Positions 18,663 to 28,938 of a stretch of DNA of 64,000 bases are shown one piece after another. The position numbers and the translations under genes were made by a program. Under the pieces are notes generated by a model, which saw only the letters and a list, made by a program, of their open reading frames with translations, was not told the origin of the DNA and ran no database searches. The stretch's first letter is position 1, and the number at the start of each line of letters is the position of its first letter. Source of the DNA: an uncultured Pelobacter sp. Its GTDB lineage: Bacteria > Desulfobacterota > Desulfuromonadia > Geobacterales > Pseudopelobacteraceae. Where the stretch lies: assembly GCA_964601865.1 (NCBI GenBank), contig CAZRPI010000001.1:4625-68624 (forward strand), given 5' to 3'.

Positions 18663-19661
18663 ATGGACTTTACAGGCGCCAATATCCTCGTCACCGGTGG
18701 CCTTGGCTTTATTGGCTCGAATCTCGCCATACATCTAGTTGAAATGGGAGCCAATGTAACCTTGGTTGACAGCCTGATTCCGGAGTATGGCGGCAATCTT
18801 TGGAACATCGAGTCAATCAAAAACAGGGTTCGAGTGAACATATCCGATGTTAGGGACGAGCACTCCATGAAGTATCTTATCCAGGGGCAGGACTACCTGT
18901 TCAATCTTGCAGGCCAGACAAGCCACGCAGATTCAATGAGCAACCCCTATCCCGATCTTGAGATAAACGCCCGTGCCCAGCTTTCCATCCTTGAAGCATG
19001 CCGGAAATACAACTCTTCCATCAAGGTTATTTTTGCCAGTACCCGCCAGATGTACGGCGCACCACAATACTTGCCGGTGGACGAAAGACACCCCCTTGCT
19101 CCGGTGGATGTCAACGGCATCAACAAGATGGCCGGGGAGTGGTACCACCTGGTTTACAACAACATCTACGGTATTCGCGCCACGGTTTTGCGGCTTACCA
19201 ACACCTATGGGCCCAGGATGCGGGTGAAAGATGCCCGCCAGACGTTTTTGGGCATCTGGATCAGACGAATCATTGAAGGCAGGCCGCTCCTTGTTTTTGG
19301 CGATGGCAAGCAGATACGTGATTTTAACTTCGTGGATGACGTAGTCGAGGTAATGCTGCTGGCGGCCAGTTCAGATGATGCAAATGGCGAGATCTTCAAT
19401 CTTGGCGCGGACGATCCGATTAATTTAAAGGACGCCGCCCAGACGTTGGTTGACATCGCGCAAACCGGTTCATTCGAGATTGTCCCATTTCCACAGGATA
19501 GAAAAGCCATCGATATCGGCGACTACTATGCCGATTACCGCAAGATAAGGGCAAAGCTCGGCTGGAAGCCGGTCGTCCCGTTTGAGGAAGGGTTGCGCAG
19601 AACGGTTGCCTACTATCGGGAGCATCATTCCCACTACTGGGAGGCGGAAAATGGCGATTGA
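18663..19661 (+). CDS. NAD-dependent epimerase/dehydratase (extended SDR)
   Basis: Contains [14 protein letters not shown] (Rossmann), NLAGQTSH and FASTRQMYG. The YxxxK position reads N-G-I-N-K. The start ATG 18663 follows GGAGAA. Confidence 0.88.
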   Translation: MDFTGANILVTGGLGFIGSNLAIHLVEMGANVTLVDSLIPEYGGNLWNIESIKNRVRVNISDVRDEHSMKYLIQGQDYLFNLAGQTSHADSMSNPYPDLEINARAQLSILEACRKYNSSIKVIFASTRQMYGAPQYLPVDERHPLAPVDVNGINKMAGEWYHLVYNNIYGIRATVLRLTNTYGPRMRVKDARQTFLGIWIRRIIEGRPLLVFGDGKQIRDFNFVDDVVEVMLLAASSDDANGEIFNLGADDPINLKDAAQTLVDIAQTGSFEIVPFPQDRKAIDIGDYYADYRKIRAKLGWKPVVPFEEGLRRTVAYYREHHSHYWEAENGD

Positions 19662-20784
19662 GATGATTTTAGTTGCGAATCCACTCGCCCAATTCAAGGC
19701 AAGGGAAGCGGAAATCGTAAACGCCCTGGAGAGGGTCATCAGGAGCGGCAGGTATATCCTTGGAAACGAGGTCCGACTTTTTGAGGAAGAATTTGCAGCG
19801 TTTGTTGGCGCAGAACATTGCATCGGCGTCGGAAACGGTACGGATGCGATCGCGCTGGCATTGCGCGCCATGGGAGTGGCACCGGGTGATGAAGTCATAA
19901 CCGTATCGCACACAGCCGTTGCTACGGTCGCCGCCATCGAGCAGATCGGAGCAATTCCGGTTTTCGCCGATATTGATCCGACAACTCGCTGTATTGACCC
20001 TCTCGCCATTTCTCCCCTGGTAACTGACACAACCAGGGCTGTCGTTGTGGTTCACATATACGGACAGCCAGCGGATATGCCAAGAATCATGGATATAGCG
20101 TCGGCGCACAAACTGCTGGTGCTGGAAGATTGCGCCCAGGCTCATGGTGCGGCTATTGGCGGGAGGCAGGTAGGCACTTTCGGGAATGCCGCAGCGTTCA
20201 GTTTCTATCCAACCAAGAATCTTGGCGCCCTTGGCGATGGCGGAGCGGTGACGACTTCAGATCCGCATATCGCGGCGACATGCCTTGCCCTCCGGGAATA
20301 CGGCTGGCGCGAGCGTTATATATCTGCCATCCCGGGTTTCAACTCACGTCTCGATGAACTGCAGGCGGCCATCCTAAGGGTTAAGCTTCCCTACCTCCAC
20401 CAGGACAATGCCCGCCGTGCAACGATTGCCGCGCGTTACGCAAAAGTGCTTCGAGACTCCATCATCGGTTATCCCGCAACGATACCCGACTCCATCCATG
20501 CCATGCACCTTTATGTAATAGAGAGCGACCGTCGAGACGAACTATCCGGCTTCCTGGCCGCCGAAGGCGTGTGTACCGCGCGGCATTACCCCGTTCCAAT
20601 ACACCGGCAGGCCGCCTATAGAGGAAGAATCAGGGGAGCAAACGATCTGCCATTTACCGAACGATTATACGAGAGGATACTCAGTCTCCCCATGTATCCT
20701 GAGTTGAGCGATGAAATGGTCGATGTCGTCTGTAATGCATTGTACAAATGGGTCTCATCTGAAAAGGCTCAGCACAAACTCTGA
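19651..20784 (+). CDS. DegT/DnrJ/EryC1/StrS-family sugar aminotransferase
   Basis: Contains [16 protein letters not shown]..., [13 protein letters not shown]..., EDCAQAHGA and [15 protein letters not shown] (PLP Lys). The start overlaps the upstream gene by 11 nt. Confidence 0.9.
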   Translation: MAIEMILVANPLAQFKAREAEIVNALERVIRSGRYILGNEVRLFEEEFAAFVGAEHCIGVGNGTDAIALALRAMGVAPGDEVITVSHTAVATVAAIEQIGAIPVFADIDPTTRCIDPLAISPLVTDTTRAVVVVHIYGQPADMPRIMDIASAHKLLVLEDCAQAHGAAIGGRQVGTFGNAAAFSFYPTKNLGALGDGGAVTTSDPHIAATCLALREYGWRERYISAIPGFNSRLDELQAAILRVKLPYLHQDNARRATIAARYAKVLRDSIIGYPATIPDSIHAMHLYVIESDRRDELSGFLAAEGVCTARHYPVPIHRQAAYRGRIRGANDLPFTERLYERILSLPMYPELSDEMVDVVCNALYKWVSSEKAQHKL

Positions 20785-20791
20785 AGCGGAA

Positions 20792-21850
20792 ATGTCCATG
20801 CAACGAATCTACTGTACCTATTTCGATCGAAATTATCTGATCAAAGGGCTCGCGCTTATTTCCTCGCTTATCCGACATGAGGCAATGCCATTTACCCTCT
20901 ATGTGGTTTGCCTTGACGAGATCACGAGAGTGATTCTTGATCGGCTCAACATAACCAACGTAATAACCGTTCCACTGCATGAGATCGAGTATGGCGACAT
21001 ACAGCTGGCCATTGCGCGAAGCGACAGATTGCTGATGGAATACTATTGGACCATGACCCCCACAATTATCCTGCGTTTATTGGACAGGGTTCCCAAGGGA
21101 GATGTTCTAACCTATTTGGATGCGGATCTCTTCTTCTATTCATCTCCCGAACCAATTTTCTCCGAATTTGCCGAGAATTCAATTCTGATTCACAAGCATC
21201 GCTTTACCCCCTCTTTGCAGTGGATGGATAAACATGGCATTTTTAACGTTGGATTGCTTTGTTTCCGAAATGACGGTCTGGCTCGCATTGCTCTCAAATG
21301 GTGGCGCGACCGCTGTAATGAATGGTGTTATGCACGCATAGAAGATGGAAAATTTGGTGATCAACTGTACCTCAACGACTGGCCGCAAAGATTTGATGGG
21401 GTCCACGTGCTGGAACATATCGGCGCAGGCGTCGGTCCCTGGAACCACGAGCAGTATTATTACAGCATTGACGCAAACAAACGACCGCATGTCGACAGCC
21501 TGCCACTTGTTTTTTATCATTTTCACGCCTTGTCGGTTGTTGCTCCCGAAATCATCATACCCGCAAAACACCTCAACTATCCGATGCGAGAAGAGGTTAT
21601 CAGGTACTGTGTTGCGCCTTACGTCGATTCCCTAACCCAGATGATTTCAATTGCCAGGAAGATCCTGCCCCAGTTTTCGTTCGGCCTTACAAACCTTGGG
21701 GACTTAACTAACGAGCACACCTTTGTTGCGGTCAAGGAAGCTCATGAGACATTGCGCAAGTTGGGGTTTGCCCACCCAACCATTGACCTGCAAAATGGAT
21801 GGGAGTGCCATCTCTCTGCCCAGACCACATATCCGAACTTGAACACATGA
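20792..21850 (+). CDS. putative GT-A-fold glycosyltransferase (GT8-like, DxD = DADLFF)
   Basis: Begins RIYCTYFDRNYLIKGLALISSL, then YLDADLFFYSSPEPIF. The similarity is family-level only. Confidence 0.55.
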   Translation: MSMQRIYCTYFDRNYLIKGLALISSLIRHEAMPFTLYVVCLDEITRVILDRLNITNVITVPLHEIEYGDIQLAIARSDRLLMEYYWTMTPTIILRLLDRVPKGDVLTYLDADLFFYSSPEPIFSEFAENSILIHKHRFTPSLQWMDKHGIFNVGLLCFRNDGLARIALKWWRDRCNEWCYARIEDGKFGDQLYLNDWPQRFDGVHVLEHIGAGVGPWNHEQYYYSIDANKRPHVDSLPLVFYHFHALSVVAPEIIIPAKHLNYPMREEVIRYCVAPYVDSLTQMISIARKILPQFSFGLTNLGDLTNEHTFVAVKEAHETLRKLGFAHPTIDLQNGWECHLSAQTTYPNLNT

Positions 21851-22127
21851 AAACAGCTAACTTACCCAGTTCTTTATGAAACAGTCATTGCGAAAAGACC
21901 TGACAGACTCGCAAAATGCCATGGCCACCATAACCAGTTAAAATTATGAGCATATCCCCAAACAAAGGCAAAAAGAGAGCAATCAAAATCATCATGCAGG
22001 CCAGGACTGTTTTGATAAAAGCGCGATAAATGCTTGAGCATGCCGTTGGTACTCAACCAGGAAGGGCCTGCCATGAAGGCATCGTTGATCGCAACCTTTG
22101 TATGAGGGATAGGACCGTAAGAAAAAC

Positions 22128-23051
22128 ATGTCCAGTCAAACGCAAAAAATAATTATTCTCGGGTCCTCGGGAATGTTGGGCCACACACTGTTCGCCCATC
22201 TGCTCCAACTCAGACGCTACGCCGTACTGGGCACGGTCCGGTGTGAGGAGAGGCTCCCCTTCTTCCCTCCAGCCCTGCGGGAGAGTATACGGTCCGGCAT
22301 CGACGCCGACCGCTTCGAATCCATCGAGCAGCTGTTCGAAAAAGAGCGTCCGGCAATCGTCGTCAACTGCATCGGAATCATCAAGCAGCAACCCCAGGCG
22401 CAGGAACCTGTTCCCTGCATCAGCATCAACGCCCTGCTGCCTCACCGTCTGGCCGCCCTTTGCCGGATGACGGGTACCCGGTTGATACACATCAGCACCG
22501 ATTGCATATTCAGCGGCAGAAAGGGTTTCTACAACGAACGGGACCAGAGCGATGCCGAAGACCTCTATGGCCGGACCAAACATCTTGGGGAATTGTCCGG
22601 TCCCGGCTGTATCACCCTGAGAACCTCCATCATCGGGCATGAACTGACAGGAAAACTCGGGCTCGTCGAATGGTTCCTCCGTCAGCGGGAAGGGGTCAAG
22701 GGCTATACCAATGCCATTTTCAGCGGACTGCCGACCATCGAACTTTCCAGGGTAATCGCCGACCATGTCATTCCGGACACCAGGCTGACCGGTCTTTTCC
22801 ACGTAGCCACCGATCCGATCTCAAAGCATGACCTGCTCAAACTGATCGCCGCGACATACGGGAAAGGCATCGACATCACACCCGATGCCGGTGTAAAAAT
22901 CGACAGATCGCTTGACGGCAGGATATTTTCGGAGGCTTCGGGCTACCATCCTTCACCATGGGAACAGTTGATCGCGACCATGCATGATGACTACCTCAAC
23001 GCGGAGTATTATGCCAGGCGACGGGAGAAGGCAGATGACACCATTCGATGA
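22128..23051 (+). CDS. RmlD-like NAD(P)H sugar 4-reductase (WbvR-like)
   Basis: Contains IIILGSSGMLGHTL..., NCIGI and HISTDCIFSGRKGFYNE...YGRTKHLGE (YxxxK). About 300 aa, typical of RmlD-fold reductases. Confidence 0.8.
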   Translation: MSSQTQKIIILGSSGMLGHTLFAHLLQLRRYAVLGTVRCEERLPFFPPALRESIRSGIDADRFESIEQLFEKERPAIVVNCIGIIKQQPQAQEPVPCISINALLPHRLAALCRMTGTRLIHISTDCIFSGRKGFYNERDQSDAEDLYGRTKHLGELSGPGCITLRTSIIGHELTGKLGLVEWFLRQREGVKGYTNAIFSGLPTIELSRVIADHVIPDTRLTGLFHVATDPISKHDLLKLIAATYGKGIDITPDAGVKIDRSLDGRIFSEASGYHPSPWEQLIATMHDDYLNAEYYARRREKADDTIR

Positions 23052-24099
23052 CAAAGTCGTTGTAATCACCGGAGGCACCGGCTCCCTGGGAAAGGTCCTG
23101 ACCCGCCGCCTGCTGTCCGGCACGGTCGGCACTCCCCGGAAGATCATCATTTTTTCACGGGACGAGGCCAAACAGCATTACATGCGGCTGGAATACCAGC
23201 AGAAGAAAAATGTTACGGACGAGGTTATCTACCACAACTTTGCCCAGCTGCTGGAATTTCGAATCGGTGATGTCCGCAACTACGCATCCGTGGCGTCGGT
23301 CCTCAGGCGGGCCGATATCGTGGTGAACGCCGCCGCCCTGAAACAGGTGCCATCTTGCGAGTATTTCCCGTATGAGGCGGTCATGACCAATGTGATGGGT
23401 GCGGAAAACATCGTGCGCTGCATACGGGAAAACGGACTGCCGGTGCAGACGGTGGTCGGGGTATCCACGGACAAGGCGTGCAAACCGGTCAACGTCATGG
23501 GGATGACCAAGGCCCTGCAGGAGAGGGTTTTCATCGCGGCCAATCTGCACCTGCCGGACACGCGCTTCATCTGTGTCCGCTACGGCAATGTCCTGGCATC
23601 GCGGGGGTCCGTAATTCCCCTGTTCCATGAGCAGATAAAAAACGGCGGTCCGGTCACCGTCACCACCGAGGATATGACCAGGTTTCTGCTACCGCTGGAA
23701 AGGGCCGTCGATACCATCATTGCCGCACTTGAAAGCGCCAATCCGGGAGAGACGTACGTGCCGAAGGTGCCCGCATCCCGCATGCTCGACGTTGCCAGGG
23801 CGCTCATCGGCGTCCGCCCGATTGACACGGTCATAACCGGCATCAGACCCGGAGAGAAGGTGCATGAGAGCATGGTCTCCTTCGAGGAGGGGTGGCGGAC
23901 CTTCGACCGGGGCGACTACTACGCCATCAAACCGATGCTGCCCGAACTGGTGAGGGACGAAGCGGAGGGGACGCCCCTCAACCGGGAGTACAGTTCCAGC
24001 GATTCACTCCTCTCCCCGGACGAGACCCGCGCCCTGCTGGAGCGGTACGGCCTGATGATCGGCCAGGAGATCGTGGAGGAGGGGGAATTCCTGCGATGA
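23035..24099 (+). CDS. UDP-GlcNAc 4,6-dehydratase/5(3)-epimerase of the CapE/FnlA/WbjB/WbvB type
   Basis: Contains VVVITGGTGSLGK..., IFSRDEAKQ and STDKACKPVNVMGMTKA. Met occupies the usual Tyr position (S-M-K triad), as known for CapE-type enzymes. Confidence 0.85.
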   Translation: MTPFDDKVVVITGGTGSLGKVLTRRLLSGTVGTPRKIIIFSRDEAKQHYMRLEYQQKKNVTDEVIYHNFAQLLEFRIGDVRNYASVASVLRRADIVVNAAALKQVPSCEYFPYEAVMTNVMGAENIVRCIRENGLPVQTVVGVSTDKACKPVNVMGMTKALQERVFIAANLHLPDTRFICVRYGNVLASRGSVIPLFHEQIKNGGPVTVTTEDMTRFLLPLERAVDTIIAALESANPGETYVPKVPASRMLDVARALIGVRPIDTVITGIRPGEKVHESMVSFEEGWRTFDRGDYYAIKPMLPELVRDEAEGTPLNREYSSSDSLLSPDETRALLERYGLMIGQEIVEEGEFLR

Positions 24100-25226
24100 A
24101 GGTAATCACCGTCGTTGGCACCCGCCCTGAAATAATAAAGCTCTCCCGGGTGATATCCGAGCTTGACCGGCACACCGAGCACATCCTGGTTCATACCGGC
24201 CAGAACTTCGACTACGAGCTGAACGAGATTTTCTTCCGGCAGCTCCAGGTCCGCAGACCCGATTATTTCCTGGGTGTCGCCGGAAAAACCGTTGCCGAAA
24301 CCATCGGCAACATCATTGCCCGTTCCGACGAAGTCTTTGCCAGGGAAGAACCGGATGCCATGCTGCTGCTGGGTGACACCAACAGTTCGCTCTCCGTGAT
24401 CCCCGCCAAACGGCGCAAGATTCCCATTTTTCACATGGAAGCCGGAAACCGCTGTTTCGACCTGAGGGTCCCCGAAGAGATCAACCGCAAGATCGTCGAC
24501 CACACAAGCGACATCAACCTGGTCTTTTCCGAACACGCCAGGCGCTATCTGATCGCGGAGGGAATACGCCCGGAAACCATCATCAAGACAGGCTCTCCGA
24601 TGCGTGAGGTGCTGGAGTATTACCTCCCGTCAATTGAGCGATCCCCCATACTGGAAGAGCTGCGACTCGAACCCGGCGGTTTTTTCGTCATCAGCGCGCA
24701 CCGCGAGGAAAACGTCGACAGCGAGCAGAACCTTTCGGACCTGCTGGCCTCCATTGACGCCCTGGCGGAGCATTATGGCCTACCGCTGATCGTCTCCACC
24801 CACCCCCGCACGAGAAAACGTCTCGACGAACGCGGGCTGGGCGCCGCCAACAAGCTGGTTAGCTTCCTCAAGCCGCTCGGATTCCTCGATTACGTCAAGC
24901 TGGAACTCAACGCGCGCTGTATCGTATCCGACAGCGGTACGATCACCGAAGAGGCTTCCATACTCGGCCTGCCGGCGGTCACCATCCGGCAGGCCCATGA
25001 ACGGCCGGAGGGAATGGACGAGGCCACCCTGATCATGTGCGGACTGAAGCCGGAAAGGGTACTGGAGGCGGTGGCAACGGTTGTCGCACATGCCGCGGGC
25101 GGCGGACGTCCTTTCAGAATGGCGCCTGATTACGAGGCGGACAACGTATCAAAAAAAGTTATGCGGATTATCATGAGTTATACCGATTATATAAACCGGA
25201 CGGTGTGGCGGAGGAATATGGCATAA
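24096..25226 (+). CDS. UDP-N-acetylglucosamine-type 2-epimerase, non-hydrolysing (FnlC/WbjD/WbvD-like)
   Basis: Begins MKVITVVGTRPEIIKLSRV...HTGQNFDYELNEIFF...GDTNSSLS...IPIFHMEAGNRCFD.RVPEEINRKIVDH. ATGA overlap with the upstream gene. Confidence 0.9.
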   Translation: MKVITVVGTRPEIIKLSRVISELDRHTEHILVHTGQNFDYELNEIFFRQLQVRRPDYFLGVAGKTVAETIGNIIARSDEVFAREEPDAMLLLGDTNSSLSVIPAKRRKIPIFHMEAGNRCFDLRVPEEINRKIVDHTSDINLVFSEHARRYLIAEGIRPETIIKTGSPMREVLEYYLPSIERSPILEELRLEPGGFFVISAHREENVDSEQNLSDLLASIDALAEHYGLPLIVSTHPRTRKRLDERGLGAANKLVSFLKPLGFLDYVKLELNARCIVSDSGTITEEASILGLPAVTIRQAHERPEGMDEATLIMCGLKPERVLEAVATVVAHAAGGGRPFRMAPDYEADNVSKKVMRIIMSYTDYINRTVWRRNMA

Positions 25227-26131
25227 TGAGCAATCTCAACATCAGACAGCAACTACCACCCATAACGCCCAAACCCGACCATAACTATGTGGCTTTTTTC
25301 CTCAGCCTTGCCTGCAACCTCAGATGCAACTACTGCATAAATCTGCACGACCATCTTTCCCGACCGGAACAGGCAAGACGCAACTCCATGTCCGCAGACG
25401 ACTGGATTACCGCGGCAAACCGCCTGTTATTACGCGCCGACCTGCCCCTCACGCTGCAGGGGGGCGAGCCGACCTTGCACCAGGGGTTCTACCGGATCGT
25501 CAATGAGGTCAGGCCTGAGATCAAAATGGACCTCATGACCAACCTGATGTTCGATGTTGATCGCTTCATCGCCAATGTCCCCACTTGGCGATTCACCCGG
25601 GATGCCCCTTACGCCGCCATCCGTGTCAGCTACCATCCGGGCCAGAACAACATCGACGACCTGATTGCAAAAACGCGGAAACTGGAAGACGCCGGATTCA
25701 GGATCGGACTATACGGCATCGAACACCCTGATCCCGAAATCCTGCGTCACGTCAGGGAAACTCAGGAACGCTGCCTCTCGCTTGGACTTGATTTCAGGAC
25801 AAAAGAGTACCTCGGAGAGCACTCGGGAAGGATGTACGGGACCTTCAAATATCCGGACTGCGTTAACAACTCCGAACTGAAGCGATGTCAGTGCCGGACC
25901 ACGGAGATCATTGCCGATCCGGCCGGATACGTTTACAAATGCCACGCCGATCTCTACAAAGGCCGGACACCCATCGCCCACATCCTGGACGACGCTTTTT
26001 CAGAAGAAACGATCGATGAATTCAGGGAATGTTCTTCCTACGGTGACTGCAATCCCTGTGATGTCAAGGTAAAGACCAACCGTTTCCAGATATTCGGACA
26101 TACCAGCGTGGAGATTCGCGACATTCAATGA
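25226..26131 (+). CDS. radical SAM protein (CNLRCNYC)
   Basis: CxxxCxxC at residues ~30-37, GGEPTL and a Cys-rich C-terminus (CQC...C...CSSYGDCNPC). TAATG overlap with the upstream gene. Confidence 0.8.
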   Translation: MSNLNIRQQLPPITPKPDHNYVAFFLSLACNLRCNYCINLHDHLSRPEQARRNSMSADDWITAANRLLLRADLPLTLQGGEPTLHQGFYRIVNEVRPEIKMDLMTNLMFDVDRFIANVPTWRFTRDAPYAAIRVSYHPGQNNIDDLIAKTRKLEDAGFRIGLYGIEHPDPEILRHVRETQERCLSLGLDFRTKEYLGEHSGRMYGTFKYPDCVNNSELKRCQCRTTEIIADPAGYVYKCHADLYKGRTPIAHILDDAFSEETIDEFRECSSYGDCNPCDVKVKTNRFQIFGHTSVEIRDIQ

Positions 26132-27195
26132 GAGCCTATAACTTTGACGGCCACAAACTGATCTACCATCCCGGGCGGGTTCATGAATTCCTGTCCCAGG
26201 GCGATTGTTTTCCGCTCTATATGGAAATCAGTCCCGTGGGCAGATGCAATCACCGATGCCTGTTCTGCGCCTATGACTTCATTGGATACCCGAATCGAAA
26301 GCTGGAAACCGACCTGATGCGCAAACTGTTGGAAGAGCTTGCAGCCACCGGTCTCAAAAGTGTCCTCTTCGCCGGGGAGGGTGAACCACTCCTGCACCCT
26401 GACCTGCCACACCTCGTGCAACATGCAAAAAGCAACGGAATAGATGTCGGCATCTTCACGAACGGACAGCTTCTGACCCCGGAAAAAGCGGAACGGATCA
26501 TTCCTTTCCTGACGTTCCTGCGCTTCAGCTTCAATGGCGGCACACGGGAAGTGTACGCCCGCGTCCATCAGGTTGACCCGAAAGCATACGATACCGTACT
26601 CGCGGCTCTTCACCAGGCAGTTGCCATAAAACATAAACATGGCGTGGCTACCACCATCGGCGTACAATTCGTAGTCATACCGGAAAACCTGTCGTCCCTC
26701 GTTGAAGCCGCGGCCGTGGTAAAATCGGCGGGGGCTGATTATTTTGCCATCAAACCTTTTGTGCATCAGAGTGACCGGCAAGGTTACCGGATGGATAAAC
26801 CACTCGACGCAGAACTTCTCGATGCCTGTCTGGCTGAAGTTGAAACGCTGAATAGCAAGAACTTCAAGGTCATGGCTCGAAGATCCGCCTTTTCCGAATA
26901 CGGTATCCGCCACTATTCCCACTGTTTCGGCACCTCGTTCATATCGGTAATCAATTCCGGCGGCGATGTTGCCTGCTGTCTCCCCTACTGGGATAACCCC
27001 GAATTCGTTTTCGGCAACATCCATGAGCAGTCATTTCGTGAGATCTGGCTGGGAGAACGGCGCAAAACCGTCAAAGCGCTCCTGGAGAAACGTCTCAACG
27101 TGCAGGATTGCCCCCCCAACTGCCGCCCCAATGCGATCAACGATTTTCTGTATGAGCTGAAATATCCGACCCTTGAGCACATAAACTTTATTTAA
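26128..27195 (+). CDS. radical SAM protein, paralogue group A (CNHRCLFC; C-terminus ...HINFI)
   Basis: Contains DGHKLIYHP...GRCNHRCLFCAY..., GEGEPLLHP, FTNG and C-terminal CPPNCRPNAINDFLYELKYPTLEHINFI. ATGA overlap with the upstream gene. Confidence 0.85.
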   Translation: MRAYNFDGHKLIYHPGRVHEFLSQGDCFPLYMEISPVGRCNHRCLFCAYDFIGYPNRKLETDLMRKLLEELAATGLKSVLFAGEGEPLLHPDLPHLVQHAKSNGIDVGIFTNGQLLTPEKAERIIPFLTFLRFSFNGGTREVYARVHQVDPKAYDTVLAALHQAVAIKHKHGVATTIGVQFVVIPENLSSLVEAAAVVKSAGADYFAIKPFVHQSDRQGYRMDKPLDAELLDACLAEVETLNSKNFKVMARRSAFSEYGIRHYSHCFGTSFISVINSGGDVACCLPYWDNPEFVFGNIHEQSFREIWLGERRKTVKALLEKRLNVQDCPPNCRPNAINDFLYELKYPTLEHINFI

Positions 27196-27205
27196 GGATA
27201 CGACG

Positions 27206-28159
27206 ATGCAGACAAAGATACTGATCATTAAGCTGGGTTATTCCGAAACGCTAGACCCGGAAATCGGCAAAGTCCCGAGCCTTGGTGATGTGTTGCGCAC
27301 AACACCCATTCTCTGGGCTCTGCGCGAAAAGTACCCTGACGCCCATATCAGCTGGCTGGTCTCGGAGCATGCCGAGCCGTTGCTGTATCGCAACAGCCAG
27401 ATTGACCGCCTTCTGGTCTGGGACAGCTTTGTCCCGTTTCAGTTGATGAAGGAAAAATTTGATGTACTGATAAACCTGGAAAAAATACCGGGCCTCTGCG
27501 CCCTGAGTGACATGATCGACGCCTGGGTCAAGTACGGTTTCCGCTTCGACTCTCTGTCCGGCAGCTACCACGCCTATGAAAAGGGGCTCGACTTCATAAG
27601 TTATATTGAAGGAAAGCATTCGGACAAGGCCAAAGGTTACTGGCAACAGGTGCTCATTGAAATGCTCGGCATTCCATGGAAGGGACAGGAGTATATCATC
27701 GGATACAAACCGGTGAGCACCGAAATCCATGACATCGGCCTCAACTTCGAAGTGGGCTCGAAATGGCCGGTCAAGGGGATGCCGATGGATCTCTGGCAGC
27801 GGCTGGAACAGCAACTGACTTCTCTCGGCTACAGCGTATCCTGGCAGGAGGGCCGCAAGAACCTCTTTGAATACATGGACTGGATCAATTCCTGCCGCCT
27901 GATAATATCCAATGACAGCCTGGGCCTGCACCTGGCCTTTGGCTTCCATAAAAAGGTGATCGGCCTGTTCGGCCCGACTGATCCAAGCGAGGTCTATTTC
28001 TACACCGGTGGCAAGCTGCTGCGCTCGCCATGCCAGTGCCCGGCCATGCCCTGCTTTGACGTCAAATGCCGCACCGGCCTGATGTGCATGTCGCACTTTG
28101 ATCTTGGCAAAATCATCACAGCCGTTGCGGAAATACGGGGAGAATCAAACACACCATGA
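27206..28159 (+). CDS. glycosyltransferase family 9 (heptosyltransferase-like)
   Basis: Contains KILIIKLGYSETLDPE...LGDVLRTTPILWALREKYPDAHISWLV and C-terminal ISNDSLGLHLA....VIGLFGPTDP. Confidence 0.85.
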   Translation: MQTKILIIKLGYSETLDPEIGKVPSLGDVLRTTPILWALREKYPDAHISWLVSEHAEPLLYRNSQIDRLLVWDSFVPFQLMKEKFDVLINLEKIPGLCALSDMIDAWVKYGFRFDSLSGSYHAYEKGLDFISYIEGKHSDKAKGYWQQVLIEMLGIPWKGQEYIIGYKPVSTEIHDIGLNFEVGSKWPVKGMPMDLWQRLEQQLTSLGYSVSWQEGRKNLFEYMDWINSCRLIISNDSLGLHLAFGFHKKVIGLFGPTDPSEVYFYTGGKLLRSPCQCPAMPCFDVKCRTGLMCMSHFDLGKIITAVAEIRGESNTP

Positions 28160-28938
28160 ACACACGAGAAACCGCGCTCCGCATCCGGCGCACCATAATC
28201 GAGATGGCCAATCGTTCCAAAAGCCCGCATGTCGGCTCCAGCCTCTCCTGCTCCGATATCATGGCGGTACTGTACGACGGCATCCTCAGACTGGAGCCAT
28301 GGGACGAGCGCGACATCTTCATCCTGAGCAAGGGGCACGCGGCCATGTCGCTGTACAGCACTCTGCACGCCAAAGGACTCCTGACGGCAGAGGATATCGA
28401 AGGTTACTACCTGGATAATGGCACCTTACCGGCACATCTTGATCGTCGTCCAGAAAAGGGGATAGAGGTGTCCGCAGGATCGCTGGGACACGGATTCAAC
28501 ATGGGTCTAGGCATGGCCTACGCATTCAAAAAGCAGAAGAGCTTTCGAAAAGTATTTGCGGTTATTGGCGACGGTGAAGCACAAGAGGGCTCCATCTGGG
28601 AAGGAGCCCTGTTCGCAGGCAGGTTCGGGTTGGAAAACTTCACCGCAATCATGGATAACAACAACCTTCAGGGATACGGCCGGCCAAGCGAAATCTGCGC
28701 CTTTGAACCGATGAGGGACAAGTGGATCTCGTTCGGATGGCATGCCATTGAAGTCGATGGACATGACCACGATGAGTTGCGCAACGCCCTACGGGCGGAA
28801 TCGCGCGGAAAACCAAAGATCCTGATTGCCCGCACCATCAAAGGAAAGGGAGTCTCTTTCATGGAAGACCAGCTGATCTGGCATTACTACATTGTCACCG
28901 ACGAACACAAACGGCAAGCTTTGGATGAGCTGTCATGA
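28156..28938 (+). CDS. transketolase, N-terminal (ThDP-binding) subunit
   Basis: Contains HVGSSLSCSDI..., LSKGHAA, GSLGHGFNMGLGMA and GDGEAQEGSIWEGA (ThDP motif GDG...E). 260 aa split form. Confidence 0.9.
   Translation: MNTRETALRIRRTIIEMANRSKSPHVGSSLSCSDIMAVLYDGILRLEPWDERDIFILSKGHAAMSLYSTLHAKGLLTAEDIEGYYLDNGTLPAHLDRRPEKGIEVSAGSLGHGFNMGLGMAYAFKKQKSFRKVFAVIGDGEAQEGSIWEGALFAGRFGLENFTAIMDNNNLQGYGRPSEICAFEPMRDKWISFGWHAIEVDGHDHDELRNALRAESRGKPKILIARTIKGKGVSFMEDQLIWHYYIVTDEHKRQALDELS

Noticed and set aside
21874-22074. 66-aa minus-strand ORF, and an overlapping hydrophobic 36-aa frame, in the 277-bp gap between the two sugar cassettes
   Set aside because: There is no RBS, the composition is Trp-rich and odd, and no motif is present. 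It is more likely non-coding junction DNA between separately acquired cassettes.
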